A program made the position numbers and the translations under genes. This document shows, piece after piece, positions 49,376 to 63,970 of a DNA stretch of 64,000 nucleotides (positions are counted from its first letter, which is position 1; the number at the start of each line of letters is the position of its first letter). Origin of the DNA: the human T2T-CHM13v2.0 reference genome, Homo sapiens; NCBI RefSeq assembly GCF_009914755.1, contig NC_060935.1; one strand, written 5' to 3'. The notes beneath the pieces were generated by a model. It was not told the DNA's origin, made no database searches, and saw nothing but the letters and a program-made list of their open reading frames with translations.

Positions 49376-50690
49376 AAATAACCTAAATACATAGATAAAT
49401 AAAACAAAAAATGTTATGTGGGCCAAACAAAAAAAAACTATGCAGGCTGAAGCCTGGAGAACACAACTTTATGGCCTTTGATCTTTGTATAATTGATGGA
49501 TTTGCTCTTAATTTTCAATGTTTTACAAAAATTACAAATGTTATCATTGATCTTTCATGTTCAGTAAGATCAAATGCATCTGGAGTATTAACAATGTTAG
49601 TAGGGAGAGACAGGCAATTAGTTTAAAAACAAAAATAGATGTAAAAATTGAAGATGATAAATGTATGTAGTGATGGGATAAATTGTTCAGGAATAATGAC
49701 AATTCTGAGGAACAAATGTCTGATCATGCAATCACTCATATATCTATGCTATCAACAATAATAAGCAAGAAGAATAAAAAAATTGTCAGAAGGAAAGGCT
49801 TTATGGGTGTACAGCTAGAGAAGGAATATTAATGTCAGATGCCAGAATCAAGTTAATTCTGGATAAAAACATCATTTGTTTAGGAACTTGAGGACTGAAC
49901 ATGATAAAAATGCACCTGATGGAACTTTTTACATAGCCACACTTAAGTTCTGTAGTTTAAGGACATCATAGCTGCCAAGGAGATTTCTACACTTGCAGCC
50001 ATCACCAAAGAGGGAGATTTCCTTCCTAAACATATGTTCAACGAGGTGGAAACTAGTATATGAGAAAAGATAGCTGAGAGATTGTACAGGAAGTAGAATA
50101 GAGCATGTCTAGTCTGTGATGTTGAAGGCAAACTAATTTTTTAAAGCAATAATTATAAATGTTTATAATTCAAATAGTATAAAAAAGACACACAGTAAAA
50201 ACCAACTTTTCCTTCTTTCCTATACCCCCAGTTCCCTGCCTAAAGGTGACCTTTATTAGGAATTTAAATATTTCCTTTCATACACATAAGGGCACATTAT
50301 ACACACTGTTCTGTAACTTTTTTCCCATGTAATATATTTTGGAGATTGTTCTATATCAATTCATATAGATATACCTTATTTATTTTAAAGACTACATTAT
50401 AGATATACTATAACTTATATAATCAATACCCCATTGATGGATCTATATTGTAGTCTTTTGCTATTACAAACAGTAAGTGTGCTGGTTCTCTTCAGAGAAC
50501 TTATCTGGTGGAATTCCATCCAGGGCTTGCAAACATAAACATCTCTTAGTTCTTTTGGTCTTGAGAACAAATAAACTTAGAAAGAGCCATTTGGAAATGA
50601 ACTTGTTTGTTACTAGAGAAGAACTGTGTGGAGAGAGGGCAAATGTGGCAGAATGCCCAGCAGAAAAACTAAATAGAAAATTAGGTCAGG

Positions 50691-50725
50691 ATTGCTTCTC
50701 AGCCTTTTGACTAAGATCAAGTATA
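50691..50725 (+). pseudogene. 3'-truncated U2 snRNA retro-pseudogene (first ~35 nt of U2)
   Basis: attgcttctcagccttttgactaagatcaagtata versus U2 5' end ATCGCTTCTCGGCCTTTTGGCTAAGATCAAGTGTA (4 transitions); flanked by aaaattaggtcagg 50677-50690 / aaaattaggctggg 50726-50739. Confidence 0.85.
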
Positions 50726-50732
50726 AAAATTA

Positions 50733-50900
50733 GGCTGGGTGCGGAGGCTCATGCCTGTAATCCCAGCACTTTGGGAGGCCGAAGTGGGTGGATCACTTGA
50801 GGCCAGGAGTTCAAGGTTATAGTGAGCTATGATTGTGCCACTGCACTCCAGCTTGATTGACAGAATGAGACCATGTCTCTAATAATAATAATAATAATTT
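50733..50900 (+). mobile_element. Alu monomer (FRAM-like)
   Basis: Single arm with (aat)n tail directly after the U2 fragment. Confidence 0.85.
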
Positions 50901-51600
50901 TAAAATAATTAACAAGATCATAAAGGGCTTCATCTAATAACATAAAGAATTTGACCTTATCCTAAAAGACATGCAGAGCCAGATTGGTGTTAAGCAGAAT
51001 GACAGGATTATATGGAAAGTTTACTATAACTACAATGAGAATAGATTAGAGGAGAACCAGTAAAGACAGAGAGTGGCCAGAAGAGGGACTATTCAAGTCA
51101 TCCAAGAAATAATTTATGAGGATTTTAACTGAGGTGATAGCAATGGAAATGGAGAGGAGGCGATATGATGTTAGAAAACCGTGAAGGGATAACATCTACA
51201 GACCTTTGGCTGATCTGACAGGGGTCTGATTGGATGGGCAGAATCTAGGATGAATACCAGGTTTCTGGATTGGCTCACTTAGTATTAGTCACCACATCAG
51301 AAAGGAACAAGTACAGGGGGAAAGATGATTACTTGTGTTTTGGATGTTTGACCTTCTGGGGCCTACAGGTGGTTATATCCAATAGGCGGTAGAATATATA
51401 GGTCCAAAGCTCAACAAGAGCGCTACATACCAAAAGCAGACATCCACGTATGTATATGACGGGTGAAACTGAGAATGGAACAGGCCACCTGAGGATTACA
51501 TAACCTTAATAGGACAAAAGGAAAAGTGGGGAGAACTCTAGAAAAAGAGACCTTTAGGTGGGAGGCAAAGCAAAAGGAGCCAAGGAAGGAAGACAAGGCC
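50900..51600 (+). mobile_element. L2 fragment
   Basis: gaatttgaccttatcctaaaag...gaggtgatagcaatggaaatggagagg...gaatctaggatgaataccaggtttctgg. Confidence 0.6.
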
Positions 51601-52536
51601 TTGGATGAACATTCAAAAATGAAATAAAACTTACATTGGCATAATAAAGGTTTCAAAGGCAGATATTCTTATCAGAGTCTCATGTGATTGGTGACTTAAG
51701 CTCTTAGATGACTAGCACAGGTTTGCTCCGCTTTTAAAATAGCCAAGCTGAGAGTTTAACCCAAGGCTTTCCCAAATTCTAGTGATGATTTTTCCACCTT
51801 ACTGGCTCCAAATTCCTTATTATCCATAGGAATTTAAAAAATAAGGTCACAAACTAGAAAACCAAGAATTTGAATAATAAGGTCACAGACTAGCAAAACC
51901 AGGAAAGCAGAGATGGGAAAGAGATGATACCAGTACAGTACCAACCTCATCAATAACTCCTATTCTCAGGTTTTTGCACGTTAGGAAATAACGTCTCAGA
52001 AAAGTTAAAATAACAAAACCACAACCCCAAAAAAAACCCTACCATAAAATCCTAAAACTCCAATTTTCCTTCTTCAGCACTCACATGCAAAGAAACATTA
52101 ACTCTGCATAGGGATGTGTATGCTCAGGATTTTAATAATAAAGCCATCAGAAACTAATATTATCTTTTTCTGTACTATGGTCATTAGAGGGAGAACCATG
52201 AGGCTACTTAAGCCTTGTTCTACCTCACAAAATGTTCTTTGTTTTATGCAAATGTACTGGCTGTGGGAGATATTAGATGTCATTTTCATGAGTATGACAT
52301 GAGTAAGTGTTAGAGGTAAGTTGACAATCTCCTTGTAAAGATATTAGCAAAACAGTATTATTATGACCCCGCAACACTTTAGAAATATTTTCACTATAAT
52401 CCATCTTGTGATAATTACACCTGTTTTACTGGAATTTGACCTGAAAGAATAGAACTTGGTCAACAAGTTTCCAATCTTGTTGAAAGGGTACATTTTTGCA
52501 GCTGACATGAAAAAAAATTTTTTTAAGTAATGTGTA

Positions 52537-52895
52537 GGTTGGGCACGGTGACTCATGCCTGTAATTCTAGCACTTTGGGAGGCCAAGGTGGGAAGATCAC
52601 TTGAGCCCAGGAGTTTGAAACCAGCCTGGGCCACATGGCAAAACCCCATCTCTACAAAAGATAGAAAAAAAAATTAGCCAGACATGGTGCTGTGTGCCTG
52701 TGGTCCTAGCTACTTGGGAGGCTGAGATAGGAGGATCGCCTGAGCCTAGGAGGTCAAGGCTGCAGTGAGCCATGCTCGTGTCACTGCAGTCCAGCCTGGG
52801 TGACAGAATGAGACCATGTCTCAAAAAAATAACAGAAGAAAACAAAACAAAACAAAGCAAACAAACAAAAGAAAGTAAACAAACAAAAGAAAAAT
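52537..52895 (+). mobile_element. Alu (AluJ)
   Basis: aggtcaaggctgcagtgagccatg; long A/C tail. Confidence 0.93.
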
Positions 52896-53232
52896 TTTAA
52901 AAATAATATGTGTAGTATAAAGCTGAGTTGTATACTAGTGTACTGCAATTGGGTAGATTCCAAATGCAGGTTTGAACAAGGTTATTTCAAGGTCTTTCTC
53001 CTTATGTGGATTAGTGAGCCTGTGGAAGAGGTCTCGACCCAAAAGCTTCAACCTGTAAAAGTGGTTTCAGCTGGAGTAATTGTGTTCTCACCGTGGGAAA
53101 AAGCCTTTCAGTCCTTGCAATAGCAAATTTCAGGAGCTGACATCTTTTAAATCCTCTAAACAAGTCAATATAAATTAGGGTAGTAGGCAGAAAGATAATA
53201 CTGATTTCATTCATTCAGAAAATGTTTGTTGA

Positions 53233-53539
53233 GGCCAGACACAGTGGCTCACACCTGTAATCCCAGCATTTTGGGAGGCTGAGGCAGGAGAATTGCTTGA
53301 GGTCAGGAGTTCAAGACCAGCCTGGCCGACATGGCAAAACCCCATTTCTACTAAAAATACAAAAATTAGCTGGGCGTTATGGCACACGCCTGTGATCCCA
53401 AGTACTCGGGGGGTGCTAAGAGAATAGCTTGAACCCAGGAGGGGTTTGCAGTGAGCTGAGACTGCGCCACTGCACTTCAGCCTGGGTAACACAGCGAGAT
53501 TCTGTCTCAAAAAAAAAGAAAAGAAAAGAAAAAGAAAAC
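53233..53539 (+). mobile_element. Alu (AluS)
   Basis: Dimer with (gaaaa)n tail. Confidence 0.93.
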
Positions 53540-53999
53540 ATTCATTGAATGTGAAGTCACTACAGAAATCACAATGAATGAGAAATGGATTCTGCCCACA
53601 AGTAACTTAGCCTGGGGTGGGGACATGGCGCACCTAATTAGCTGGGTTGAGGCTGACATTTCTGTTAGGAACTTGAAGTACAGGTATTTTGTATTGTTAA
53701 TCCACAGTCTTAGGAGTGTAGACCAAGAAACATGGCATGTAGCAAAGTTGGCATCCTAATATAAATGTCGAAAAGCTCAGTTGGTATTTTCTCACTGTTA
53801 CCTGGAGCCACTTGCTCTTCCTCCTCCCAGTGGAAAGCTCCTTCCCTGCAATTCCAGCAGCACTTTCAGGATGTGGCCTCTGAGAGATTACATATTTTTT
53901 AGTCATCAAAGGGCAACCTGGCTCCACTGAGAGTGTTAACTGGACACATTTACCAGAGTACAATGTAACTTCCAACTAGTGATTTGGCTTGCCTCTCTT

Positions 54000-54470
54000 T
54001 TCCCTCTCCTAAGGAAATAATCAGAGCCCATATAAACATGCACATGCAAGTATGTAAATATACATGGAAAGAACAGGAACCATCTAAATGACAAAGAGCA
54101 GGGGTGTGGTTAAATAAATTGTGGCTATCTTTATGATATAGTACTATGCAGCCATTAAAATGCTATTACAGGAAAACAAAGAAATATATATCTATCATAT
54201 ACTGTCATAAAAATTGCTTATAAAATTATAACATGGTATGAATTATATTTTCCAAATATGTGTGTATTCATGTTTGTGTGTGGACAGAAAAAGCCAAAAA
54301 AAAAATAGAAGACTCTGATATTAATAGTGGCCATCTCTGCATAGAATTACATGAGTTTTCTTCTTGGTGCTTTTCTCGTGTTTTCCAAATTATCCAAAAT
54401 GTACATGTGTTACATTTATCCAAGATGTACATGTGTTACTTTCACTATATTTTAAGAATAAAAAACAAAA
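54000..54470 (+). mobile_element. L1ME-like 3' fragment
   Basis: ggttaaataaattgtggctatc...tactatgcagccattaaaa. Confidence 0.5.
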
Positions 54471-54869
54471 AGTGGTCTAGTTCTTCCTATTTTGTAGCTC
54501 TCTTTGACAAAGAAGTTTCACCAAATTCCTCAGGGGCTGGAACAGAAAGCTATTTTAGTGATGCCAACTGTGCCAACTCAAAACATTACTCAGAGAACTT
54601 GTTGCTGAAGGCAAAAAAGAGTCACTTCCTATCTTGTCTTGGGGAACACTCACCAGGAGCTGCAGGAAATCTTCAAAGATCTTTTTGTTGTTTTTGTTCA
54701 AGGGTTTTTAATTCTGTTATCTCTGGGGCCTCACAAGCAATACCAAAGTCTCTGCCATATCTCCCAGTATACCAAGTGGCCATGTGTAAGTAGGTTTATT
54801 GGTGGCCTTGAGTAATATCCCAGAGTTTCTGAGAGAGACTGGCAAAATGGGCTCTATCTGGAGTCAGAA

Positions 54870-55130
54870 CAGCATAATTTAAGAACACAGAATCTGTAGG
54901 CAAACAGATCTTAGTTGAAATCCAAACTCTGAAATCTATTAATTATATGGCCTTGGATATATTACTTAATCTCTTTGTGTCTCAACTTCCTCATCTGTCA
55001 ATTAGAACAAATAATATCTACTTATAATGTTTCTATGATGGGTAAAAGTTACAATACATTAAGTTAAGTATTTAGCAAACTGTATTGCTCATCGTAAGCA
55101 ACAATGAATGAAAGCTATTATATTACTACA
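54870..55130 (+). mobile_element. MIR
   Basis: ggccttggatatattacttaatctctttgtgtctcaacttcctcatctgtcaa. Confidence 0.75.
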
Positions 55131-55246
55131 ATAAGTAACATAAAAGAGAGAAAAATAAGTGTCATGAGAGATCAAGAAAAGGCACAATTAGTCCTGGTTG
55201 AAAAGATGGCAAAAGGCTTTGTGGAAGGAGAGAATTTAGATATTCT

Positions 55247-55400
55247 ACTTTTTATTTCTTTATTTTAAATTTTATTAGAGATGAGGTCTCACTATGTTGC
55301 CCAGGCTGCAGTATGTTGCCCATGCTGGATTGCTCAAGCAATCCTCTCACCTCAGCCTCCTGAGTTGCTGGGACTACAGGTGTGTGCCACCACACCAAGC
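55247..55400 (-). mobile_element. Alu monomer/fragment (FLAM/FRAM-like)
   Basis: gagatgaggtctcactatgttgcccaggctg...gggactacaggtgtgtgccacc. Confidence 0.8.
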
Positions 55401-55699
55401 TCAGAACATTTAGATGTAGCTGTGCTTTTTAGTTTAATACCAAAAATTACATATGTGTGCTAACCAAAACCCTGGCAACTTAATGATTAAAACCTTTACC
55501 CAACTTTGTACATTGTAGCATTTCGTACCACTCAGAGTTTACATTTTAAACTTTATTTTAGGCAGTGTTATTACAAAATAGTGTGGTACAAATAATTACC
55601 CTGCTAAATTAGGAAAAAAGAGAGAGAGAGAAAGTAATAGTCTACATAGAAGATATAGTAAATTGACCTTATTAAATCTGTTTCTTCCTCCAAAACTGG

Positions 55700-55930
55700 G
55701 GTGGGGGTGCAGCTCTTAATGAAGAGTATTACCTCCATCCCCCCTCCACCCCAGGGTGTTTGGAAATCTGTGCATGGTTTTGTTCAGTTGTCACAATGAT
55801 TGGGAGAGCTATTAACATTTATGGGTTGGGGCCAGAGATGCTAAATGTCCTGCCATGCTCAGGACAATCCGCTACATCCAAAAGCTGTTCTGCCCTAAAT
55901 GCTAATAGCACTCCTTTTGAGAAATACCAT
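55700..55930. mobile_element. MER20-like hAT transposon
   Basis: ttgtcacaatgattggg...ggccagagatgctaaatgtcctgc...gccctaaatgctaatag. Confidence 0.7.
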
Positions 55931-56078
55931 TAGAAATACTATTAGAAGGTCTCCAATGGCCTTTCCAGCTCTACAAGTTTGTTAGTGAATTCTATTCATC
56001 CCTTTGAACTAGCATTTCTTTAGTATTCTAAATGTCAAATTTAATTAACAGGCAGACAATATGAACTAACTAAGCATC

Positions 56079-56440
56079 TGTAAGGGTTAATTTTGGCTTG
56101 GCCACTGTGTTCAGCTATTTGGTCAAACATTATTCTGAATGTTTCTGTGAGGGTGTTTGGATGAGAATGACATTTAAATCAGTGGACTCTGAGTAAAGCA
56201 GATCACCTTCCATAATGTGGGTGGGCCTTATTCAATCAGTTGAAGGTCTGACTAGAACAAAAGACTGACCTTCTGAGCAAGAAGGAATTCTGCCAGCACA
56301 TGACCTTCAGATTAGAACTGTAGATTTTGTGCTTTCCAGGCTCCATAATAGCATGAGCCAGTTACTTAAAATAAATCTGTCTCTCTCTATATATGTACAC
56401 ATACACTACTTGTTCTTTTCCTCTGGGGAAGGCTAATACA
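56079..56440 (+). mobile_element. MLT2-type solo LTR
   Basis: ttggtcaaacattattctgaatgtttctgtgaggg...ccataatgtgggtgggcc...ctaataca; perfect TSD gcatc 56074-56078 / 56441-56445. Confidence 0.9.
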
Positions 56441-57422
56441 GCATCCTTATTCCTGGGCATAAGATTCAGAAAATATGAGAAGGAAAAATGAAGATAATGC
56501 AAATTATCTCCACTGTTTACCCTGGATATAGATTGCCGTGATCTCATTTTGTGCACACCTCAAATGCTGAAATGCAACATTTGAAGTATTTGGGTTTCAG
56601 GATGCCTCTGAGCATTTTACTGAGCATGTTTTCCTCTGCACTTCTAAACTCATGTGTACTTTGAAGAATATAATCCATGTTTCTGAGTCATTTACACTTA
56701 ACTCATCAAAGTCTTGATTCACAATTATTTGACACTCTGCACCTTATTAGTGCTTGAACTCGCTCTATCAAATCTTTGTTCTAAGTCACCTTTTGGTCCC
56801 TCAAAGAAAGAAAGTAAAGTAAGAACCCATGTTAGAGTAAATTCAAGATATTTAATTTCTAATTTACCCCTTTTCAAGGAAAATATATTTTTACTAATAT
56901 CTTCATTTGTAAAAACTTGTTGTTTTAACCCTATTTAAGATTTTCTCCCAGACAAGTTTTTAAGTATACACATATCTTTGAATTAAAAGCAGCAAGTAAT
57001 TTTTACATAAAACATATTAAGTATATTTATTTTCTTGCTTTGTTTATATGTACTGATGGTAGATTAGCGTCAAGGTCAGTGAAATCACATGCAACCTATT
57101 TTAAAAGTTGGTTTTTTCATTTATTTTCTTTTAATGCTCACACTGTTTTGCAAAGTCTGTGTAATTTCATATATGTAATTACTCTTTCAACACAAAAATT
57201 CCCTGATGTTGGCTTATTTCAACAAAAAACAGCATTATATCTGATCCAACAGGCTAATTCTCCTGAGACATCTTATAGTAACAAACCAATATGAACGTAA
57301 AAAAAAAATTTACAAAGAAATTGGGAATACAGTTTTGCATTTCTAAGGGTCTAGCCTCACAGTGCTAAGTTAAATTTCAGATCTCAACTTCTCTGCATAA
57401 TTCACAGAAAAAAAATAAAAGT

Positions 57423-57761
<339 letters not shown>

Positions 57762-57850
57762 TCAGGACTCTTTGGGCACTGACTTTAATTTATAGATAGG
57801 AGTGAATTTCTTATGGCTGATTAATAAACTTTCAGACAATATAAAGATTA

Positions 57851-58036
<186 letters not shown>

Positions 58037-58331
58037 TTAATTCCCAGTTTTATTTCAGAATTAGGCATTTATCTGTAATAATCCTGACTTTAAGATAATA
58101 ACGGTTAATTAACCTGGTAGTAATTGTAGCCTATTTTTCAGAGAATTAGGTACAATAATCATGTACATGCACCAGACAAGACTTTGCTTTCAAACTGCAA
58201 TGTATTCAATGCTTAAAGTTACAGAGGTGATCTTTTCAGGGAATCAATGGGAAGGGATATTTAAAATAAATTCATTGATCTGATTGATTTTTAAATTCAA
58301 GTAAGCTTTTTTTTTAAATACAAAAGTAATA

Positions 58332-58704
58332 CATGCTTATGACCTAAATTATAAAGAGGAAGGAAGGAAGAGAGGGAGGGAAGAAAGGAAGAAAGAAAGA
58401 AAAGAAAGAAAGAGAGAGAAGGAAAGAAAGAAGAAAGAAAGAAAGAGAAAGGAAGGAAGGAAGAGAGAATGGAGAAAGGAAGAGAAAGGAAGGAGGGAGG
58501 GAATGAAAAAGAAAGAAAAAGAAAGGAGGGAAGGAGGGAGGGAGGAAAGAAACAAAAGGAAGGAAGGAGAAAGGAAAAGAAGAAGGGAGGGAAAGAGAGA
58601 GAAAGAAAGAGGCAAGGGAGGAAGGAAGGAAGGGAGGGAGGAAGGGAGGGAGGGAGGGGAGAGAAGAAAGGAAAGAAAGGGAAGAAAGAAAAGAAAGAAA
58701 GGAA
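58332..58704. repeat. GA-rich polypurine low-complexity tract
   Basis: About 370 nt of mixed GGAA/GAAA/GGGA units, almost no pyrimidines. Confidence 0.95.
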
Positions 58705-59268
58705 CATGTTGACAACTCAGCGGGATGCCATATGGTGAAGTGATAAAAAAAACTCAGGTCTGAGAGTTAGGCTGTGTGGATTCAAATCCAGCTCCACCAC
58801 TACCTCTGTGACCTGGAGTTAGTAATTCAACTTCCCTGTCTCAGCTTTCTCATTTGTAAATACAGATGCAAGAATGTTATGAGGATTAAATAAGATAAAT
58901 TGTGCAAACCTGCCTGTATAGAGCAAGCCCCGTCAATGAATATTATCTCTCAGTACAACTTTCTGGATCCTTTTTGTCTTAGTGTTTAAACAGGGACACT
59001 GCTGGTTTTGATTTACATTTGAAAAGAGCACTGAGAATCTCAGAAGATAGTCACTAAAAAAATATATTTTTCTTCAGACTTTTTCTTACTGTGTAAGAGG
59101 AAGATTGTGGATAAAATTTTATCGTTCATAAAATCAAGCCTGGTAATTTAAAAGCAGGAGCAAACCTTTGTTTCAAAAATTGAAATATATTCATTGTTCA
59201 ACAATTTTTCCTCCAATAATAAATGGTTTAAGCTTTTCCACACACATATTGTCCCACACACTTTTTCA

Positions 59269-59532
<264 letters not shown>

Positions 59533-60168
59533 TTACATCCATTTTTTCGGCCAATTATTCCTTTTAATTAGTGATAGGCATTGTTGTTGGCCTTTACCCT
59601 TAAGACTATATTTGGGTTTAGGGAGAAGTTAAATTATATTATGCTTATCTTCTCAACACTAAAAGTTAAAAATTCCACCTACTTCTCCTCCTATTTTCTC
59701 TATCTTAGTTAGAGATACCGTGATCCAGGAAGTCAGCTAAACTATAAACCTGAGTCATCCTAAGCCCCTCACGGTCCATGAATTATTGAGTCCTGTTGAT
59801 TGCATTTTTAAATATCTCTGGAACCAACCCCTTGCTTTTCATCTTCATTGGCACTGCTTTAGTTCACGTCTGCAGTACTGAAATAGCTGAAATAGCCCCT
59901 GAGCCCATCTCTCAGCCTTACCCTCTGACCTTTGCCAAAGAGAAAACCCTTCTTTGGCTACCTATTACTTTACAGACCAATGGCATAAGGCCTTTCATGA
60001 TGTGACCCCTCCTAAACTAGACACTTATTCATGAACCATTTGCCAAAGTATTAAAGTTATGCTGTGGATACTTAGGAGGCTGAGGTTGGAGGATTGTTTG
60101 AGCCCGGGACTCTAGCCTGGCTACAGAACAACACTTTGTCTCAAATAAACAAATAGAAGAGATGCTGT

Positions 60169-60836
<668 letters not shown>

Positions 60837-60914
60837 CGGAATGTCCATTCTTTAGGGCACTTTCTATTATCGAGGAAACCAGAAAGCTGAAATAGCACTC
60901 ATAAGATAGCATCT

Positions 60915-61170
60915 CTCTCTCTCTCTTTTTTCTTTTTCTTAGAGACAGGGTCTTGCTCTGTCTCCAAAGCTGCAACCTTGAATGCCTAGGCTCAAGTGAT
61001 CCTCCTGAATCAGCCTCCTGAGTAGCTGGGACTGCGGGCACACGCCACCATGCCTGGCTTATTTTCTCATTTTATTTTATTTTTTAAGAGATGGGGTGTC
61101 CCTGTGGCCCAGGCTCGTCTCAAACTCCAGGCCTCAAGCAATCCTCCTATCTCAGCCTCCCGAGTAGCTG
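60915..61170 (-). mobile_element. Alu (AluJ), degraded
   Basis: gagacagggtcttgctctg...aggctcaagtgatcc. Confidence 0.85.
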
Positions 61171-61352
61171 AGTCATGCATCCCTTTAACAACAAGAAATG
61201 CTTTATGCCTTGTGCTACATTGCGCTACCATGTTGTTACTGCCATGACATCAATAGGCAATAGGAAATCTTCAACTCCATTAAAATCTTATGGGACCACT
61301 GTGCATGTAGTCCGTCATTGTGTGACATGTCATTAGGCAGCACATGACTGTA
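61171..61352. mobile_element. Tigger3-like (TcMar) non-autonomous element
   Basis: Inverted termini agtcatgc...cacatgactg-TA; cttatgggaccactgt. Confidence 0.7.
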
Positions 61353-62047
61353 TGTGGTAAACAAAGGCACTGCATAATTATAAGGGAGATTTCACTCAAG
61401 CTATAAGTGATCCTAATCAACTTTTCTTTAGCCACAAGACAGTGTTCTTTGCTAATGCTCAGAATGTAGTGTTTGCATCCAATGGATTGTCTGTCTCTCA
61501 GACTTTTGTCAGGGTAACACTGACAAAAATTTACTTTCCAAGCTAATTCTCACCTCTTCGTGATGCCTTCTCATATTTCCACCAAGTTACTGCCCTACCT
61601 GTTCTGTCATAGTACTGTATGTATTCTCTGTTGAGCATTTGTATTATAGCACTAGGTAGCACTAAAATTATTTATGAAGGTTGTTTTTCTAACAGAGACC
61701 TGTAAGTATTAGTGTTTAAAAGGACCAGCACTTGGGTCAATGAGATCTGGGTTCGAATTCTGATTCTCCCACTTACTTGTTGAATGTCCTTTGTCTAATC
61801 CCTTAATCTGTGAGCTACAAGTCATCTGTAAGACATGGATAATATAGTACCAGATTTATAGTGATATTGAGAGGATTAAATGGCATGCTGTGTAGAAAGC
61901 ATTTTGCACAGTACCAGACACATGGAAAACACTTAGTAAAGTAGGTCTTACTGATCACCTTTGCAGTTAGCTTGACAGTAAGGAATCCCGTGTCTGGGAC
62001 ATCCATTATACAGCCTTGCTTTTATTCCTAGTGGTTTATCTACATTA

Positions 62048-62367
62048 GTTTTTGTTTTTGTTGTTGTTTGTTTTTTTATTTGGTTGGGTTTTTTTTTTTT
62101 TTTTGACACAAATCTCACTGTCACCCAGGCTGGAGTGCAGTGGCATGATTGCTGCAGCCTTGACCTCCCAGGTTCAGGTGATCTTCTCATCTCAGCCTCC
62201 CAAGTAGTTGGGACTACAGGTGCATGCCACCATGCCTGGCTAATTTTTTCGTATTTTTATTTATAGACTCAAGGTCTCCTTATGTTGCCCAGGCTGGTCT
62301 CGAAATCCTGGGCTCAAGCGATCCTCCCGCCTCCGTTGGCATTACAGGCATGAGCCACTGCGCCTGG
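62048..62367 (-). mobile_element. Alu (AluJ)
   Basis: Antisense AluJ; TSD gtttatctac. Confidence 0.93.
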
Positions 62368-62653
62368 CAGTTTATCTACTTCGGAAAACAAAAGCACTTT
62401 CTCTCTTTTAAGGTTTTATTCCATTAGATAGTGAACAGATTTTCTAAGACAACTAGTGATACTCATTTGGTTTACCTCTGTCTTCCCTTACTAGACTATA
62501 AGTTACTAGAGGAGAGGCGTGATGTTTTATTTTTGAATCCCACCACCTAGAAAGTGCCTAGCACATAGCAGGTACTTTAAGAAAGTGTTTATTAAATGAA
62601 CAGAAAAATTCCTTGAAACTGATTATAAGACATTTCTGATTTGTCATCTAGAC

Positions 62654-62839
62654 CAGTGGTTGTCAAAGCGTGATCTTTAAATCAGCAGTACTGGTATCAC
62701 CTGTGAGTTTGTTAGACATGCACATTGAGAGGCTGGATCCCAACCCAGTGTATCAGAGTCTCTGGAGATAGGGCCCAGGCAACTGTGATTTAACAAGCTA
62801 TCCAGATGTTTCTGAATTGTTACAATTTGAGAACCATTG
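62654..62839. mobile_element. MER5A-like hAT transposon
   Basis: cagtggttgtcaaag...gtttgttagacatgcac...tttgagaaccattg; 8-bp TSD-like a(t/c)ctagac. Confidence 0.8.
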
Positions 62840-62892
62840 ACCTAGACAGTATTTTCCTTTAAAATACAGTATTTTTCTTTAAAAGCTAATAA

Positions 62893-63197
<305 letters not shown>

Positions 63198-63289
63198 TAA
63201 AAGCTAATGACAATATTTAAAAGCTAAAGATAGTATTTGAAAGCTAAAGGCAGTATTTTTCTTTAAAAGCTAATGTCATTTTATACATC

Positions 63290-63600
63290 TAAAAAACATT
63301 ATGCTGAGCAAAAGAAGCCAGATACAAAAGAGAACATACTGAATTATTCTATTTATATGAAGTTCTACAATAGGCAAAACTAATATGCAAATATAGGCAA
63401 AACAGAATAGTGGCTGCCTGGGGAGAAAGAGAGGAGAGGTTTGACTGGGAAGAGGCATGAGAAAACTTTCTGAGGTGTTGGAAAGCTCCATCTGTATCTT
63501 GATGGTGTGTGGATTATATGGGTGTATGCCTGTGTCAAAACACATGGAACTATATACTTGAGATCTGTGCATTTCACTGTATATAAGTGAAATAAATACA
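63290..63600 (+). mobile_element. L1M (L1MC/ME-like) 3' end
   Basis: cattatgctgagcaaaagaagccagatacaaaagag...gatctgtgcatttcactgtatataa. Confidence 0.8.
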
Positions 63601-63689
63601 AACAGAGTTAAAATAATGCCATTCTAATTCCTTCTGTATAAGTCTTATCAACAGGAGATACATGTTAATAGACTTGTCTTAAGAAGGTC

Positions 63690-63970
63690 TATAAGATCCT
63701 CCACGATCTGGCCCCTTACCTTCTTTTCTAGCCTTCTCTGTTACCACACTTTTGTCACCTTCTCTTTTCAGTCCTTCACCAGCACTGACCTTTCAGTGTA
63801 CCAATGGCGTTTGTACTCTTCTCATATTCCTGCGCCAGGACTTTTGCACATGCTGTTATCACTCCCTAGAATGTTTCTCCTTCTCTTCTTAATGGGAGAC
63901 TGGTTAACTCCCATTCTTCTTTTAGTTCTACTCTTCTGTCTGTTTCTCAGGGAAACCCTCCCATGTCTCA
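63690..63970 (-). mobile_element. L2 fragment
   Basis: cctccacgatctggcccc...ggacttttgcacatgctgtt...cctagaatg. Confidence 0.65.

Noticed and set aside
54260-54793. 177-aa ORF
   Set aside because: GTG start inside an old L1 fragment, includes a 26-bp tandem duplication (54390-54441), no recognisable homology.
58297-58738. K/E/R-rich and F/L/S/P-rich ORFs
   Set aside because: Translations of the GA-rich simple repeat.
61745-61765. gggttcgaattc as a tRNA B-box
   Set aside because: Part of a MIR (tRNA-derived SINE); no cloverleaf.
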